A stretch of DNA of 64,000 nucleotides from Octopus bimaculoides (taxonomy: Eukaryota): positions 116,194,830 through 116,258,829 of the forward strand of contig NC_068981.1 in assembly GCF_001194135.2 (NCBI RefSeq). Reading direction: 5' to 3'. Position numbers and translations under genes: made by a program. Shown piece after piece: positions 39,849 through 52,959 of this stretch (position 1 is the stretch's first letter; each line of letters starts with the position of its first letter). Under the pieces are notes generated by a model. It did no database searches. It was not told the DNA's origin and saw nothing but the letters and a program-made list of their open reading frames with translations.

Positions 39849-40223
39849 NNNNNNNNNNNNNNNNNNNNNNNNNNNNNNNNNNNNNNNNNNNNNNNNNNNN
39901 NNNNNNNNNNNNNNNNNNNNNNNNNNNNNNNNNNNNNNNNNNNNNNNNNNNNNNNNNNNNNNNNNNNNNNNNNNNNNNNNNNNNNNNNNNNNNNNNNNNN
40001 NNNNNNNNNNNNNNNNNNNNNNNNNNNNNNNNNNNNNNNNNNNNNNNNNNNNNNNNNNNNNNNNNNNNNNNNNNNNNNNNNNNNNNNNNNNNNNNNNNNN
40101 NNNNNNNNNNNNNNNNNNNNNNNNNNNNNNNNNNNNNNNNNNNNNNNNNNNNNNNNNNNNNNNNNNNNNNNNNNNNNNNNNNNNNNNNNNNNNNNNNNNN
40201 NNNNNNNNNNNNNNNNNNNNNNN

Positions 40224-40521
40224 CTGGAAATAGAGATAACTCGAATGTGGAGTCTAAAAACAGAAACAATTCCTATCATAGTAGGTGCTTTAGGTATAAT
40301 AAAAAAATACTCAGACAAATACATAACAAAAATACCAGGACTTACAAATATATGTAACATACAGAAAATTGCACTACTGGGTACTGCACACATTCTACGC
40401 AAAACACTTTCAATACAGTAAACATAAAAGCACCACAGCAAACCACAGCACATACCCAAGGCGCACAGAGCTGCGCTCGGTAGTGAAGTGAAAGCACGTT
40501 ATAAAAATAAAACTACTGAAC
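40224..40521 (+). mobile_element. R4/Dong 3' end (RLE C-terminus + 3' UTR), family B
   Basis: [24 protein letters not shown]...IQKIALLGTAHILRK, ending ctactgaac then (AAT)n; very similar to 41240-41616. Confidence 0.85.
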
Positions 40522-40543
40522 AATAATAATAATAATAATAAAT

Positions 40544-41090
40544 GCCCTGACGCAGTACCAAACAGTGGCTCTCATGACTTTTGATCTTAACTGATTCGAA
40601 GTTTTATCATGTACATTGTTTCGTCTTGGTATAAAAGACGAGCTACAATAAATATTCTGCTCAATACCACTGATTTGCTTGACCTTAACCATTTGAGCAT
40701 GTCCTTTAGTGACTGACGATATGTGCATCTCTGATCACGACCAGAGGCAGTAGAGGAGCTTCATAGCCACGTATTGAGAGGAACTATTTGGGGGTTGAAT
40801 AAATCACTTCTGGAAACATGAGTGTTTTATTCATCATCCTTAAAACAAACCTTATTCCCCTGCTAACCTCTTGAGTGGAATGGGCTACTCGACCTGAAGA
40901 AATTTCTAATTGGGCCCCACCTGCAAGTTCATGCGCTATTTATCTTGATATGAAATTACCCTGTTGCGCACTTATGGTTGTAGTGCATGTACCTGATGTA
41001 TCTTTATCAGACGGGTAGTCGTAATGGGTATATTATACTTCGTATATTTGTACCCGTGTCACCTTGATGGCATGCACTGCTCTCTCATTC
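40544..41090 (+). repeat. Apparently complete ~550-bp family X element embedded in (AAT)n
   Basis: Begins gccctgacgcag after (AAT)n and ends ctctctcattc before (AAT)n; homologous to 3218-3557 and 36972-37088; no ORF and no clear A/B boxes. Confidence 0.75.
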
Positions 41091-41097
41091 AATAATG

Positions 41098-41151
<54 letters not shown>

Positions 41152-41616
41152 TTTTTTATGCTTTCTAATTGATGTATCAATACCAGCAGATGACAACGTT
41201 TCTCTAAAAGAAATGGAAAAACTTTCAAAATACAAAGACCTGGAAATAGAGGTAACTCGAATGTGGAATCTAAAAACAGAAACAATTCCTATCATAGTAG
41301 GTGCCTTAGGTATAATAAAAAATATTCAAACAAATACATAACAAAAACACCAGGACTTACAAATATATATAACACAGAAAATTGCACTACTGGGCACTGA
41401 ACACTTCCTACGCAAAAAACTTTCAATACAGTAACCATAANNNNNNNNNNNNNNNNNNNNNNNNNNNNNNNNNNNNNNNNNNNNNNNNNNNNNNNNNNNN
41501 NNNNNNNNNNNNNNNNNNNNNNNNNNNNNNNNNNNNNNNNNNNNNNNNNNNNNNNNNNNNNNNNGCTGCGCTCGGTAGTGAAGTGAAAGCACGTTATAAA
41601 AATAAAACTACTGAAC
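41152..41616 (+). mobile_element. 5'-truncated R4/Dong 3' end, family B (contains a 124-N gap)
   Basis: [34 protein letters not shown]...; same 3' terminus as the copy ending at 40521; (AAT)n on both sides. Confidence 0.85.
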
Positions 41617-41721
<105 letters not shown>

Positions 41722-42557
41722 CAACAGAGTTTGATCAGTTGCCGGGACTGTATCGAAACAGAGGAAAACAGCTTAGAGTGGTATATAAAAAATGCCGTGG
41801 AGTCATTGTTGAAACATACGAAGAAGGCTGAAAATTGTGTAATGAGAGAAAAATTTAAACAAGACATGAACAGAAAAAAAAAGGAAAAAGCCATGGAAGG
41901 AAAAGAAAGTGTATGATCAGTTTGGCAGAGATGTGAACGCCAAGACGGTGGATATGGATGAGGAGGAGTGACATGCAGATAGAGACAGAAGCACTCATAT
42001 GCGCAGCTCAAGAACAAGCGTTAATGACCAACTATGTGAAGTGCAGAATAGACAATACTACCGACAGCGAAAATGCAGAATGTTTGGTGAGAGGAGTGCA
42101 ACGGTATGGCACATCGTTAACGAGTGCCCGAAATTGGCACAACACGAATATAAAAGACACCATGACAATGTGAGAAGAATGAACCATTGGCAGCTCTGTG
42201 GAAATCACGGTCTACAAAGACATAGCATGCCTCGGTGACAACAGGTTCAATGTGAAAGAAGAAATAAAATAAACAACTATGGCGATTTGAAGTGGGACAT
42301 ACGAAGGTTCTGGTCAATGAGGAGAGGAGACGTGATACCAATAGTAATTGGTATACTTGGACGTATCAGCACTTAACTACCAGTACGACTAAAAAAAGAA
42401 AGTAGAACACCTACAAAAGTCAGCATTGATTGGAATTGCAAGAGGTTCGCAGCGTTCTGGAAGCATGACCAGTAAAAATATGTCACCTTAGTCTGCTGCC
42501 TGTAGATATCTAACACTTTCCATCATACCCAGCAAAATAAACTGAGTTTTTATCACA
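41722..42557 (+). mobile_element. 5'-truncated, internally deleted R4/Dong element, family C
   Basis: LISCRDCIETEENSLEWY, ETEALICAAQEQALMTNY, KCRM.GE..TVWHIVNECPKLAQHEYKRHHD, VIPIVIGILG; different 3' UTR; (AAT)n both sides. Confidence 0.8.
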
Positions 42558-42558
42558 A

Positions 42559-42644
<86 letters not shown>

Positions 42645-43379
42645 GAGAGTGAGAAAAATATTACGAACAAAGATAAATTCATATGTTGTTATTGAAGCTT
42701 GGGTTATGTGAGAGAAGGAAGTTAAAAAAGATATGGTTAATAATCCATCAATCCATCATTGTGCCCTACACAAGTGCATATGTGTTCGATGACCGTAATA
42801 AATTAGAATTGGGATGATCTAGGAGACAGAGTAAATCAATTGAGAATGAGTAGTATTAGGATAGGATACGACCGGATAGCGCTAAGCAGTGATGGCCGGA
42901 TGCATCAGTTTATTGTGGTAGCTTGAAACGAGTTTAGTTTGAAGCAACACTTATAGGCAAACAAGGGGACAAACTAGATGTGTGGGTGTGTAGCTGCCGA
43001 AGAATGCTGAAGATTCTCGATGTGTTTGCAATTGTTGTAGTGGTGAGAGGGGACTGGAGAGGTCAGATAAATTGCTGTATAGTTTAATGTTTCCTGATCA
43101 GACATTTTGATTCTGGAGTGTTCTAGGGCAGCCGGCGATTCTTCTATTGGTTGAGAACTGTCCACCAAGCAATAGCTCCAAGCTTCATCAGCTGAATGTT
43201 GTATTGAAACAGGATTTAAGAACCGGAAGTACAAGCATTTTAAATTCACAAATTATTGATACAGATCATCAACAGTTTGTAATGTTAAGTTTATATTATA
43301 GAAAATACTTGGATATCAGGATTTCAAAACAAAATTAAAAATATATGCATCTGTATATTGCATATATGTATCTGTATAT

Positions 43380-43421
<42 letters not shown>

Positions 43422-43705
43422 NNNNNNNNNNNNNNNNNNNNNNNNNNNNNNNNNNNNNNNNNNNNNNNNNNNNNNNNNNNNNNNNNNNNNNNNNNNNNNN
43501 NNNNNNNNNNNNNNNNNNNNNNNNNNNNNNNNNNNNNNNNNNNNNNNNNNNNNNNNNNNNNNNNNNNNNNNNNNNNNNNNNNNNNNNNNNNNNNNNNNNN
43601 NNNNNNNNNNNNNNNNNNNNNNNNNNTGTGTGTATGTATGATTTTGTCTGTTTATGTCTCCATGAATGTAACTTGTTACTTGGACTATAACTTTTAATAT
43701 ATGTG

Positions 43706-43926
43706 TATCTAAAGACGGTGAGATGGAAGTTTCGTTAGCATGTGGGGAAAAGTACTTAGCAACATTTCGACCATCTTTGAACGTTCTGAGTTCCAACGCC
43801 GCCGTGGCCGACTTTGCCTTTTATCCTTTCGGTTCGATAAAATATGTACCAGTAGAAAACTAGGGTCAATGTAATTGACTTGCTCCCTCCTCTGAAATTG
43901 CTGGCTTTGTGCCAATATTTAAAACC
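43706..43926 (+). mobile_element. Near full-length SINE
   Basis: Head aaagacggtgagatggaagtttcgttagca, B-box-like gttctgagttccaacgcc, body gccgactttgccttttatcc, tail tgctggctttgtgccaatatttaaaacc. Confidence 0.7.
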
Positions 43927-45574
43927 AAAATATGTGTAATGAAATGAAGTGAGAACAATTTCATGTAAATTTATTCGCAGTTACGTAATAATGATTAAGG
44001 CGGGGCGGATGAATTCACTAATGTTATCCTTATGCACTTTTATACATTATCTAAGCCTTCAACTTCTTTATGATCCTTATAATCCCGCATTTTTTGCAGG
44101 TTTATTCAACGTTTGAATTATTCTCTGACTTATTAAACACCTACACGTTGCATACATACATATATAGATACATACCTATGTAGGTTTGTATAATTTAAAA
44201 TTTGATCAGCTGCTGAAGATTTAAACGATATTGAAGATTTGAATCGTATCTAATGTCGATGAGAAAATACAAACATACATACTTATATATCTATATATGT
44301 ATGCAAAACGTGCAAGTGTTATTTATTGTTGTCGAATTATTCTCATATTAATTTTATTGCTGTAGTTATATTGGTACTGATAATGAGTATGAAGACAATG
44401 AATATTATGACAGTGATACTGGATAGTGACAATCGCTGTTGGATTTGGAGCAGATAACTGTGAATTATGAAGAATTATTTTAAATTTAAGGAAGTGTATT
44501 GTCAGTTACATATCATAAAGATACATAGCGTTCTCCTTTATAATACAATATCTTCATGGCACTGTTATTCTTTTTATTTCTACGAGATGTTAAACGAAAG
44601 GACTAATCTCTCACAAAAGAAGTAAATAAAATAGCTAATCTAGAAATAGTGGAAATGTGTGAATGGTTCTGAATTCTACTCTTTAGCGATAAACTATCAC
44701 ACCTATTTGAAGTAATTCTGAATGAGAACCATGTACATTAAATGACGATACATTGCTTTCCACTGCACTCAACTTCCTCTAATCCAAAGTATAAGTCATT
44801 TTAAAATTAACGCAGCATCTTGTTCTAAAGTTTATATTTCTTGATCTGTTGTATGCATCCAGTTAATCTCATTTAATTTCTTTTGCAAACATAAGATCCA
44901 TAGCTTCCAATTTCGCTCCGTCTATATACCTCATGTATAGCAGAGATTTAGAAATATCGTATCTTCAAATCTCAGTTTACACAGCAATTGTAATGAAATA
45001 TCATCAATAAAAATATGCCTGCAACATTTATAATCTAATTACTTTCACCACATTAAATTAGAGAATGCATCTACACTTTTATGAATACTGACTTCTCTAA
45101 AGTAAATATTAGGCTAAATCTCAATGTTAAAAACAGAGCATATATGTCTGGTAATAAAAGAATCGCAGTTTCACTGCCTTTAGCATCAAAATGTCATTTG
45201 GAAGCAGATATATTGTTCGTACGAGACGAATTCCTTTAAAGAGGAGAAATAAACGAGTCAAAATGTGTCTTTCCAGATAACTTTAAATCCTATTGTAGCA
45301 TCTAATTATATTTCCAGAAAATAACTTTGTTTAACGTAAGTGTCCAAATCTACAATAGTCATTCTATACGCTATCCATTAAGTACGATATTTAATTCTAT
45401 ATAATAAAGTATATCGTCAGTAATTGCTATTCTCTTGCAATTTTAATAAAACTAAAGATATTAGTTACCTTTATGCAAAACGTTTAAAACTACATATAAT
45501 TAGTTGTGAATTAGTGTCAAAAAATATTTTAACGAATTTTCGTATTAAGAAATTAAATATTACTCAGCATATAT

Positions 45575-45769
45575 TCTTTATCTTGTTTCAGTCATTTGAC
45601 TGTGGCCATAATTGAGCACCGCCCTAAATGGTTTTAGTCGAAGAAATCAATCCCGAAGCTTATTCTTTGTAAGCATAGTACTCATTGCATCGTTGTCTTT
45701 TGCCGAACCGATAAGTTACAGGGATGTACATACATCAATTTCGGTTGTCAGGTGATGGTGGAGGGACAA

Positions 45770-45801
<32 letters not shown>

Positions 45802-45960
45802 GATGGGCTTCTTTCAGTTTCCGTCTACCAAATCCATTAAAATTACTCGGTTCGAAGCTATAATAGAAGATACTTGTCCAAAGTGCCACGCAGTGGGAGT
45901 GAACCCGGAACCATGTGGCTGTGAAGCAAGCTTCTAACCATAGAACCACGCTTGCACCTA
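45575..45960 (-). mobile_element. Full-length tRNA-derived SINE with internal (CA)n
   Basis: Reverse complement of 16549-16905; minus-strand B-box-like ggttccgggttcactcc and core tttggacaagtatcttct. Confidence 0.8.
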
Positions 45961-47439
45961 TATGTTGATAAATTATAGTAGTTCTTTTAGAGCATACTTA
46001 GTAAAGCTAGAATAAATTTGAAGTATAAATATATTAAAAGTTATATAAAACATTTTAGAAACATGTAAATATAAGATATAAGATTTAAACTTAAAATTAA
46101 TCTTTAAATTATTCAGTACAATCTTACCTCCAAAACTGTTCAATATACCCAGGAAGACCATTTCTCTATCAATGCCTTTGCAAATGATACTATCACTACA
46201 ATACTTACTTGTGATAACTCTCTGAAATGTTTCTAGTCAATTGCGGGGCATCAAATTTAGTCACTTGTTTGTCGACAGTATAGCGCGTGTAATGGGTTTT
46301 TTTTTCATTCTATCAAATATATACACCTTGTTCACAATAAATTATGAGTTACATGATTATTCAATGATATTAATATTAATTTCACAAAATCATAAAAATC
46401 GGTGTTATGCTAACAAATGCCATGCTTTAACAGATGGAAAATTACCAGTTAATAACAAGGGCATTACGATCAAAAGGCGAACAAAAGCCAGTCATTTGTT
46501 TTCATAAAGATCAAAGGCTCCGTTGGAAAAGTACACAAATTCTAAATGACATCTACAAAATTACATCAATAAAAAAATCTCCACCCAGCAACTCAAAACA
46601 AAAACTTAACAGACTTGTCGCATAAAGTTAACGTTGTACAAACAAAACACACCCTTATACCCACATTTACAAGGGAATACACGCTATAATACTTATCTGT
46701 ATTATAACAAACATGAAAACATTACTCCTTTAGTTGCTTCATACACCAAGTAATATCCTAACAAACAATAGAGCAAAAGAATTTAACATAATACAAGCGT
46801 ACATTTCCAGTAAATATATGATCTCACGCAGGGTAAGTTTCATAATATCTTTCACTCTATTCAATGACTCTAGATAATAGGATCCCTAGATGCTGAAAAG
46901 TGCTTTATCCGTGCCCCAGTCAGCATCAGAAAGGCTCCGAAACATTGTGAAAATGTAGAACGAAAACATGTATCACAAAACGACTGCAAAATTTTCTGGT
47001 AATTTATACCCCAGAACATATTTTGCTATCAAAGAAGAATGTCTCTTTCTTCATAGGCGAATAAGAGCGCCACATATTGTGGGTTTTAATACTACAAATA
47101 TTTAGAAGTATCAAATGTCCATTAAATAAGTAAGCATTAAAGCGTAAATACGATGCGAAATGATGACTTCCGTAGTATTTCTAATGTAACCATAACACGC
47201 AAAAGACTTCATCAAATGTTGGGGTAAGTTACAACAATCAATAAATCACCAAGACCTATATATCAATACGCAAAGTACCAGATGCCTAATATTAACGTCC
47301 TAAACATCTTACTATTCATAAGACAAAATGAATATATATACATAGAAATACAAAAATGGAGGGAATAGGTGGTATTCATCAACTTGCAGACATTGTACTG
47401 TGTTAAGAATGATATTTTTTTCACCGTTGTTACAGTCAT

Positions 47440-47854
47440 CTAAAATGAAACGTAAAGTGCGGTATTCGAGAAATTTTGCTCTTCAAATTCAAAAAAGGAC
47501 GCAAAGCGGCTGAAACTGCTCGTGATATGAACGAAACGTTTGGTTAGAAAATGACCAGTGAGTGGTTAGCTTGAAAATGAGCGTTGTCATCGATGACTGT
47601 CAATTAAAGACTGTCATTGAGAAAGACCCACGTAAAACCACTCGAGAACTGGCAATAGAACTTCAAGTTAGCCAGAAAACTGCCTGCAGCCATTTGCATG
47701 CGATCGGAAAATCAAAAAAATCTCAAATATGTGTACCTCACGATTTGAATGAAAATCAGAAAATGCACAGATATGAAATTTGCTCGTCTCTTCTCCCTAA
47801 TCAGACCGATCCATTTTTCGACCGTATTGTAACTTGCGATGAAAAGTGGTTTCT
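47440..47854 (+). mobile_element. Mariner transposase N-terminal half, cut by a gap
   Basis: FKFKKGRKAAETARD, KDPRKTTRELA, CVPHDL (WVPHEL-like), FDRIVTCDEKW. Confidence 0.85.
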
Positions 47855-48431
47855 NNNNNNNNNNNNNNNNNNNNNNNNNNNNNNNNNNNNNNNNNNNNNN
47901 NNNNNNNNNNNNNNNNNNNNNNNNNNNNNNNNNNNNNNNNNNNNNNNNNNNNNNNNNNNNNNNNNNNNNNNNNNNNNNNNNNNNNNNNNNNNNNNNNNNN
48001 NNNNNNNNNNNNNNNNNNNNNNNNNNNNNNNNNNNNNNNNNNNNNNNNNNNNNNNNNNNNNNNNNNNNNNNNNNNNNNNNNNNNNNNNNNNNNNNNNNNN
48101 NNNNNNNNNNNNNNNNNNNNNNNNNNNNNNNNNNNNNNNNNNNNNNNNNNNNNNNNNNNNNNNNNNNNNNNNNNNNNNNNNNNNNNNNNNNNNNNNNNNN
48201 NNNNNNNNNNNNNNNNNNNNNNNNNNNNNNNNNNNNNNNNNNNNNNNNNNNNNNNNNNNNNNNNNNNNNNNNNNNNNNNNNNNNNNNNNNNNNNNNNNNN
48301 NNNNNNNNNNNNNNNNNNNNNNNNNNNNNNNNNNNNNNNNNNNNNNNNNNNNNNNNNNNNNNNNNNNNNNNNNNNNNNNNNNNNNNNNNNNNNNNNNNNN
48401 NNNNNNNNNNNNNNNNNNNNNNNNNNNNNNN

Positions 48432-48466
<35 letters not shown>

Positions 48467-48524
48467 CCGATAACATGTCCATGTTTACTTTACGTGGTTG
48501 TCAAGAAAGTTCTTGTGGTCTTTA

Positions 48525-49773
48525 TAAGGTTGTCAAGAAAGTTCTTGTGGTTTTTAACCTTTAAATTCAGATGCATATATCTCGGCTAAAACAAAACTTT
48601 ATTAATTGAAATAAATACTATCAGAATCAACACAATTTTGCCAACGCGAAACAAGTTCATTTATGCCAGTAGCGTGAAAATCCTGCATTCTGGTGGCGAT
48701 GAAGTCGTTGAAGGCGTGTTTGGCATCGTCTTGGTTTTTGAAGCATTTCTCACGCAGGAAATTGTCGAGATGCTTGAAAAAGTGGTTGTCGGTAGGCGAG
48801 AGGTTTGGTGAGTATGGCAGATGAAACAGAGTTCCGTTGCCCAATTCGTTCAACTTCTGCAGAGTCACCTGTGCGACGTACGGCCGAGCGTTGTCGTGGA
48901 GAAAAATTGGTCCTTTTCTATTGACCAATGATGGCTGTTGTTGTCGGAGTTTCTTATATATTTCATCCATTTGCTGACAGTACTTCTCCGCCGTAATGGT
49001 TTCACCTGGATCCAAAAAGCGGTGATGGATGAGACCGGCCGTAGACCACCAAACAGTCACTCTGACCTTCTTTTGACAAAACTTTGGCTTTGGGAAGTCC
49101 GTGGAGCTTCGTCGGCGACAAACCACTGAGCTGAGCGTCATCGGTTGTCGTAAAGAATCCACTTTTCATCGCAAGTCACAATCCGGTCGAGAAACGGGTC
49201 GTTCTTGTTGCGTAAAAAAAAGGGAAGACGACACTTCAAAACGGCGTTTCTTATTTGGTTGTCGTTCAATTCGTGCGGCACCCATTTCTCAAGTATTTTT
49301 GTTTTTCCAGTCTCTTTCAACTGGTTGGAAATAGTCGTATACGTTACGTCTAATTCAGAAGCAAGCTCTCGAACAGTTGTGCGTGGATTGGCTTCGACTA
49401 AGGCTCTTAGTTGATCGTTGTCAAAATCCTATGTTCGACCACTACGCTTATCATCTACAAGACTCTCGTCACCGCTACGAAATTTCTTGAACCACCATTG
49501 TGCTGTACGTTCATTAGTGGTACCTGGGCCAAACGCATCGTTGATATCGCGAGCTGTTTCAGCACCTTTTCGGCCGAGCTTGAACTGGAATAAGAAAATT
49601 GTGCGAATTAGGTCTCATTATTCAAAAAGAAAAAGAGTAACACGATTAAACAGAACGAAAAACGGGTTTTAAATTGATATATAAAGTCAAAGTAATTTAA
49701 CGAAAATTAATTTGAAAATACATAATTTAATACCAAAATTTTAAATTCCGCAAGAACTTTCTTGACAACTTAA
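48525..49773 (-). mobile_element. Full-length decayed mariner (cecropia subfamily, Hsmar1-like), DD34D transposase
   Basis: TIRs taaggttgtcaagaaagttcttgtgg (48525-48550) and ccgcaagaactttcttgacaacttaa (49748-49773), TA flanks. Motifs WVPHEL, RIVTCDEKWILYDNR, TVWWS, NRKGPIFLHDNARP, YSPNLSPTD; stops and frameshifts present. Confidence 0.93.
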
Positions 49774-51292
49774 TACATGAGGAGGGTATTGTATAGTGGA
49801 AATCGAAAAAGAGGAAACACGACCTCAGAATTGTTATGTCAACTTATACATTATTTAATATTCTTGTTTTGTATCTTTTATCAAATAATTAATTATTATT
49901 ACGATTAAAACCAATTCCATTGCGAACCAAAATTCCAATGACTGTATGAAAAATGGAAATTTCCTTATATCTCAATGCACAGTAATCTATGATTTAAATA
50001 TTGCCATTAAATACTCACTATTGTTTTTCAATTCCCTTGCCTGCATAGAAAAACTAAAATGTGTTATTGGTGAAATTCTAGATAATTATAAAATTGAAGA
50101 GTGACCTATATGTTATGGTTCAAGCAGCCTTAATTTGAAACTGATTTTCAACTATATTCATCTCTTCTGTAACATAAAATACAACCACCTTTGATAAGAA
50201 GAGATTCTAGAGTGAGTTTGTCGATAATAACTACAGGTAAACGACGGTTCCATAGTTCGGTTATTATGTGATCCTTATTGCGCGAATCTTTAGATGCACA
50301 TGTGTATATCTAAAATTTTAAGTATTTTCTTTCAAACCAATTAGTGAAATTCATTTAAATATATTGAAATTACAAAACATTTTCCTGAACGAAAAGCTGC
50401 CCACGATATTAATAACATTTCTAACACTCACAATGATATATACATCCTGTTTTACGAACGTTGCGTTGCAATGGAAGGGTTTTAGATGTTTCTTTTGAAA
50501 ATTCTATAATTTTTCGTTGCCATTTTCAAATTTTATTTATAATTTTCACAAGTTCCACTTCAATTTAAAAATATTTTAAAATATCTTAATTTAAAGGGTA
50601 AGATAGAAAATGAAACATTTATTAATTGCGAAATTACTGAAAAAGATATTTTTCCTGAAAAGATTGAAAATAAATAATGAAATATGTCCACTGTACTCTG
50701 TGTTTTTTCCAACATCATTAAATATTTTCATCATATCTCTTTTCCCTTAAATCTGCGTAGTAGATCCATAAATACAGCAGCAAATAATCATATACATACA
50801 ACGCACACACACACACACACATCCATCCATCCATTCAAACATCCATCCATCCATACATACATTTATGTATATATATATATATATATATATAATTACACAC
50901 ACACATACATATATATATTATCGATACACAAATACACAAACACACACAAACACACACACACGCACACACACACACGCACACGCACACATATATATATACA
51001 CACATGCAAACATACTAGAAAACCCCATGTACATGTATATTGTCCATGTTGCTGTCTCCTTATATTTGTGCATGAGTATTTGTGTTTCTATGAGCCTCTG
51101 TATGAATGTCTGCATATTTGTGCGTGTATGTAAATGCATATGTGGTGATGTATGTCTGTGTACCCATTTTTATTAATTCTCATTAATTTTTTTCTTTTAA
51201 ATTCAATTTCGCTGAAATAGCTTAAGGCTAAACTAAGAATAAAATATTTTAATAATAATAATAATATTAATAATAATAACAATAATAATACT

Positions 51293-51357
<65 letters not shown>

Positions 51358-51367
51358 TAATAATACT

Positions 51368-51441
<74 letters not shown>

Positions 51442-51769
51442 TAATTGTAATAATATCAATCAAAATTATCACAAGGGCGAGAATAATACTAGTACAAACA
51501 AGAAGAAGTTTGAGCGAAGTAATAATAATAATTTCAGCATCATAAGTATTAATAGTTGTAGTATTATTATGAATAGTAATAATGAAAGAATGATCAATTT
51601 AAAACGTAAGCTTATTCAAATGTCTAAATATTGCCTATAAATATTTTGTAGTTTAAAACGATCTGAATATCCGGTTTTTACCATATTTTTAAATATTTTG
51701 AATTTCCTTCTGGCAGTACAACTTTGGCTCAGTGAAATATTCATTGAAAAGTTTTACTTTAGAGTAAAT

Positions 51770-51821
<52 letters not shown>

Positions 51822-51893
51822 CACCATTAAATATGAAGATGAAAGGGAACAGAACCTTGGAAGTAAGGGAATAGCAGAGATAGAAAGGTAGAT

Positions 51894-51983
<90 letters not shown>

Positions 51984-52928
51984 GCAAAGGCGGAGAGAGT
52001 GAATGAATGAGAGGGTAAGTTCATAGGTGAGATTCTGATGGACGAGATGGCGTAGTGAACGGAACGTAGCAGCAGTCGACAGACATATACGTACATACAT
52101 GTACATGCAAATACATACACACGTGCACACACACACATACACACACACACACACACATTATTGCGCATGCGTGTGTGCCTGTGTGAGGGTGTGAGACTAG
52201 CAAGTATGCACAAATATAAGCATATATATGTAAGTGGTTGTGGGTGTCTATATCTAAATAAAAAAAGGAAGAGATGGTTGCTTAAAGATGGATACATAGA
52301 GATTAAGTAGAGAGTGGTTAAGAAAAAAGGAAAGGGTGAGTAAGAAACTAAGAAAGTGAGGTAAGAATTGAAAAGAAAAATAGGAAAATATTGAAGAAAA
52401 ATGAGACGAAATAGTAATTAAGTGAACGGCACAAATATTTTACCAATACCAAAGGAAAAATTTTGTAAGGGTGTATGAAATTATCTAAGATGTAAAAGCA
52501 AGTTGTTCTGGGTGTAGTTCAGAATTTCCTTGAGGCCATATTATATCGGGAAAGGTATATGTTGTAATGACAGTAATCAATAGGCCATGAACACGCATAC
52601 GTTTACATATACCACAAATTATATATACACATATACAACAAACTACATGCACGTATACATACACAAACACGTACTCATATATTAGCAAGCCTACGCGAAC
52701 ATTATTTGCATAAAAAGCACACAACATATGAACGTATCTCGAGGTAAATAAATGCTGAGAGGAGCCCCCTAACTCTGCATATGTTTATACGTGAAATTAT
52801 TCACAAGCATACAGAATCACGTGAGCAAATGTTTTACACACATTCTTAAGTATGTGGGTACTCTAACTCGCATACATATATGTATATATACTAATCACAA
52901 TCATTTGTGTGTGTATACACACACACGA

Positions 52929-52959
<31 letters not shown>

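Noticed and set aside
46240-47330. Possible LINE RT relic (SLDAEKCF near 46880)
   Set aside because: Only one short motif, with no collinear RT motifs recognisable by eye.
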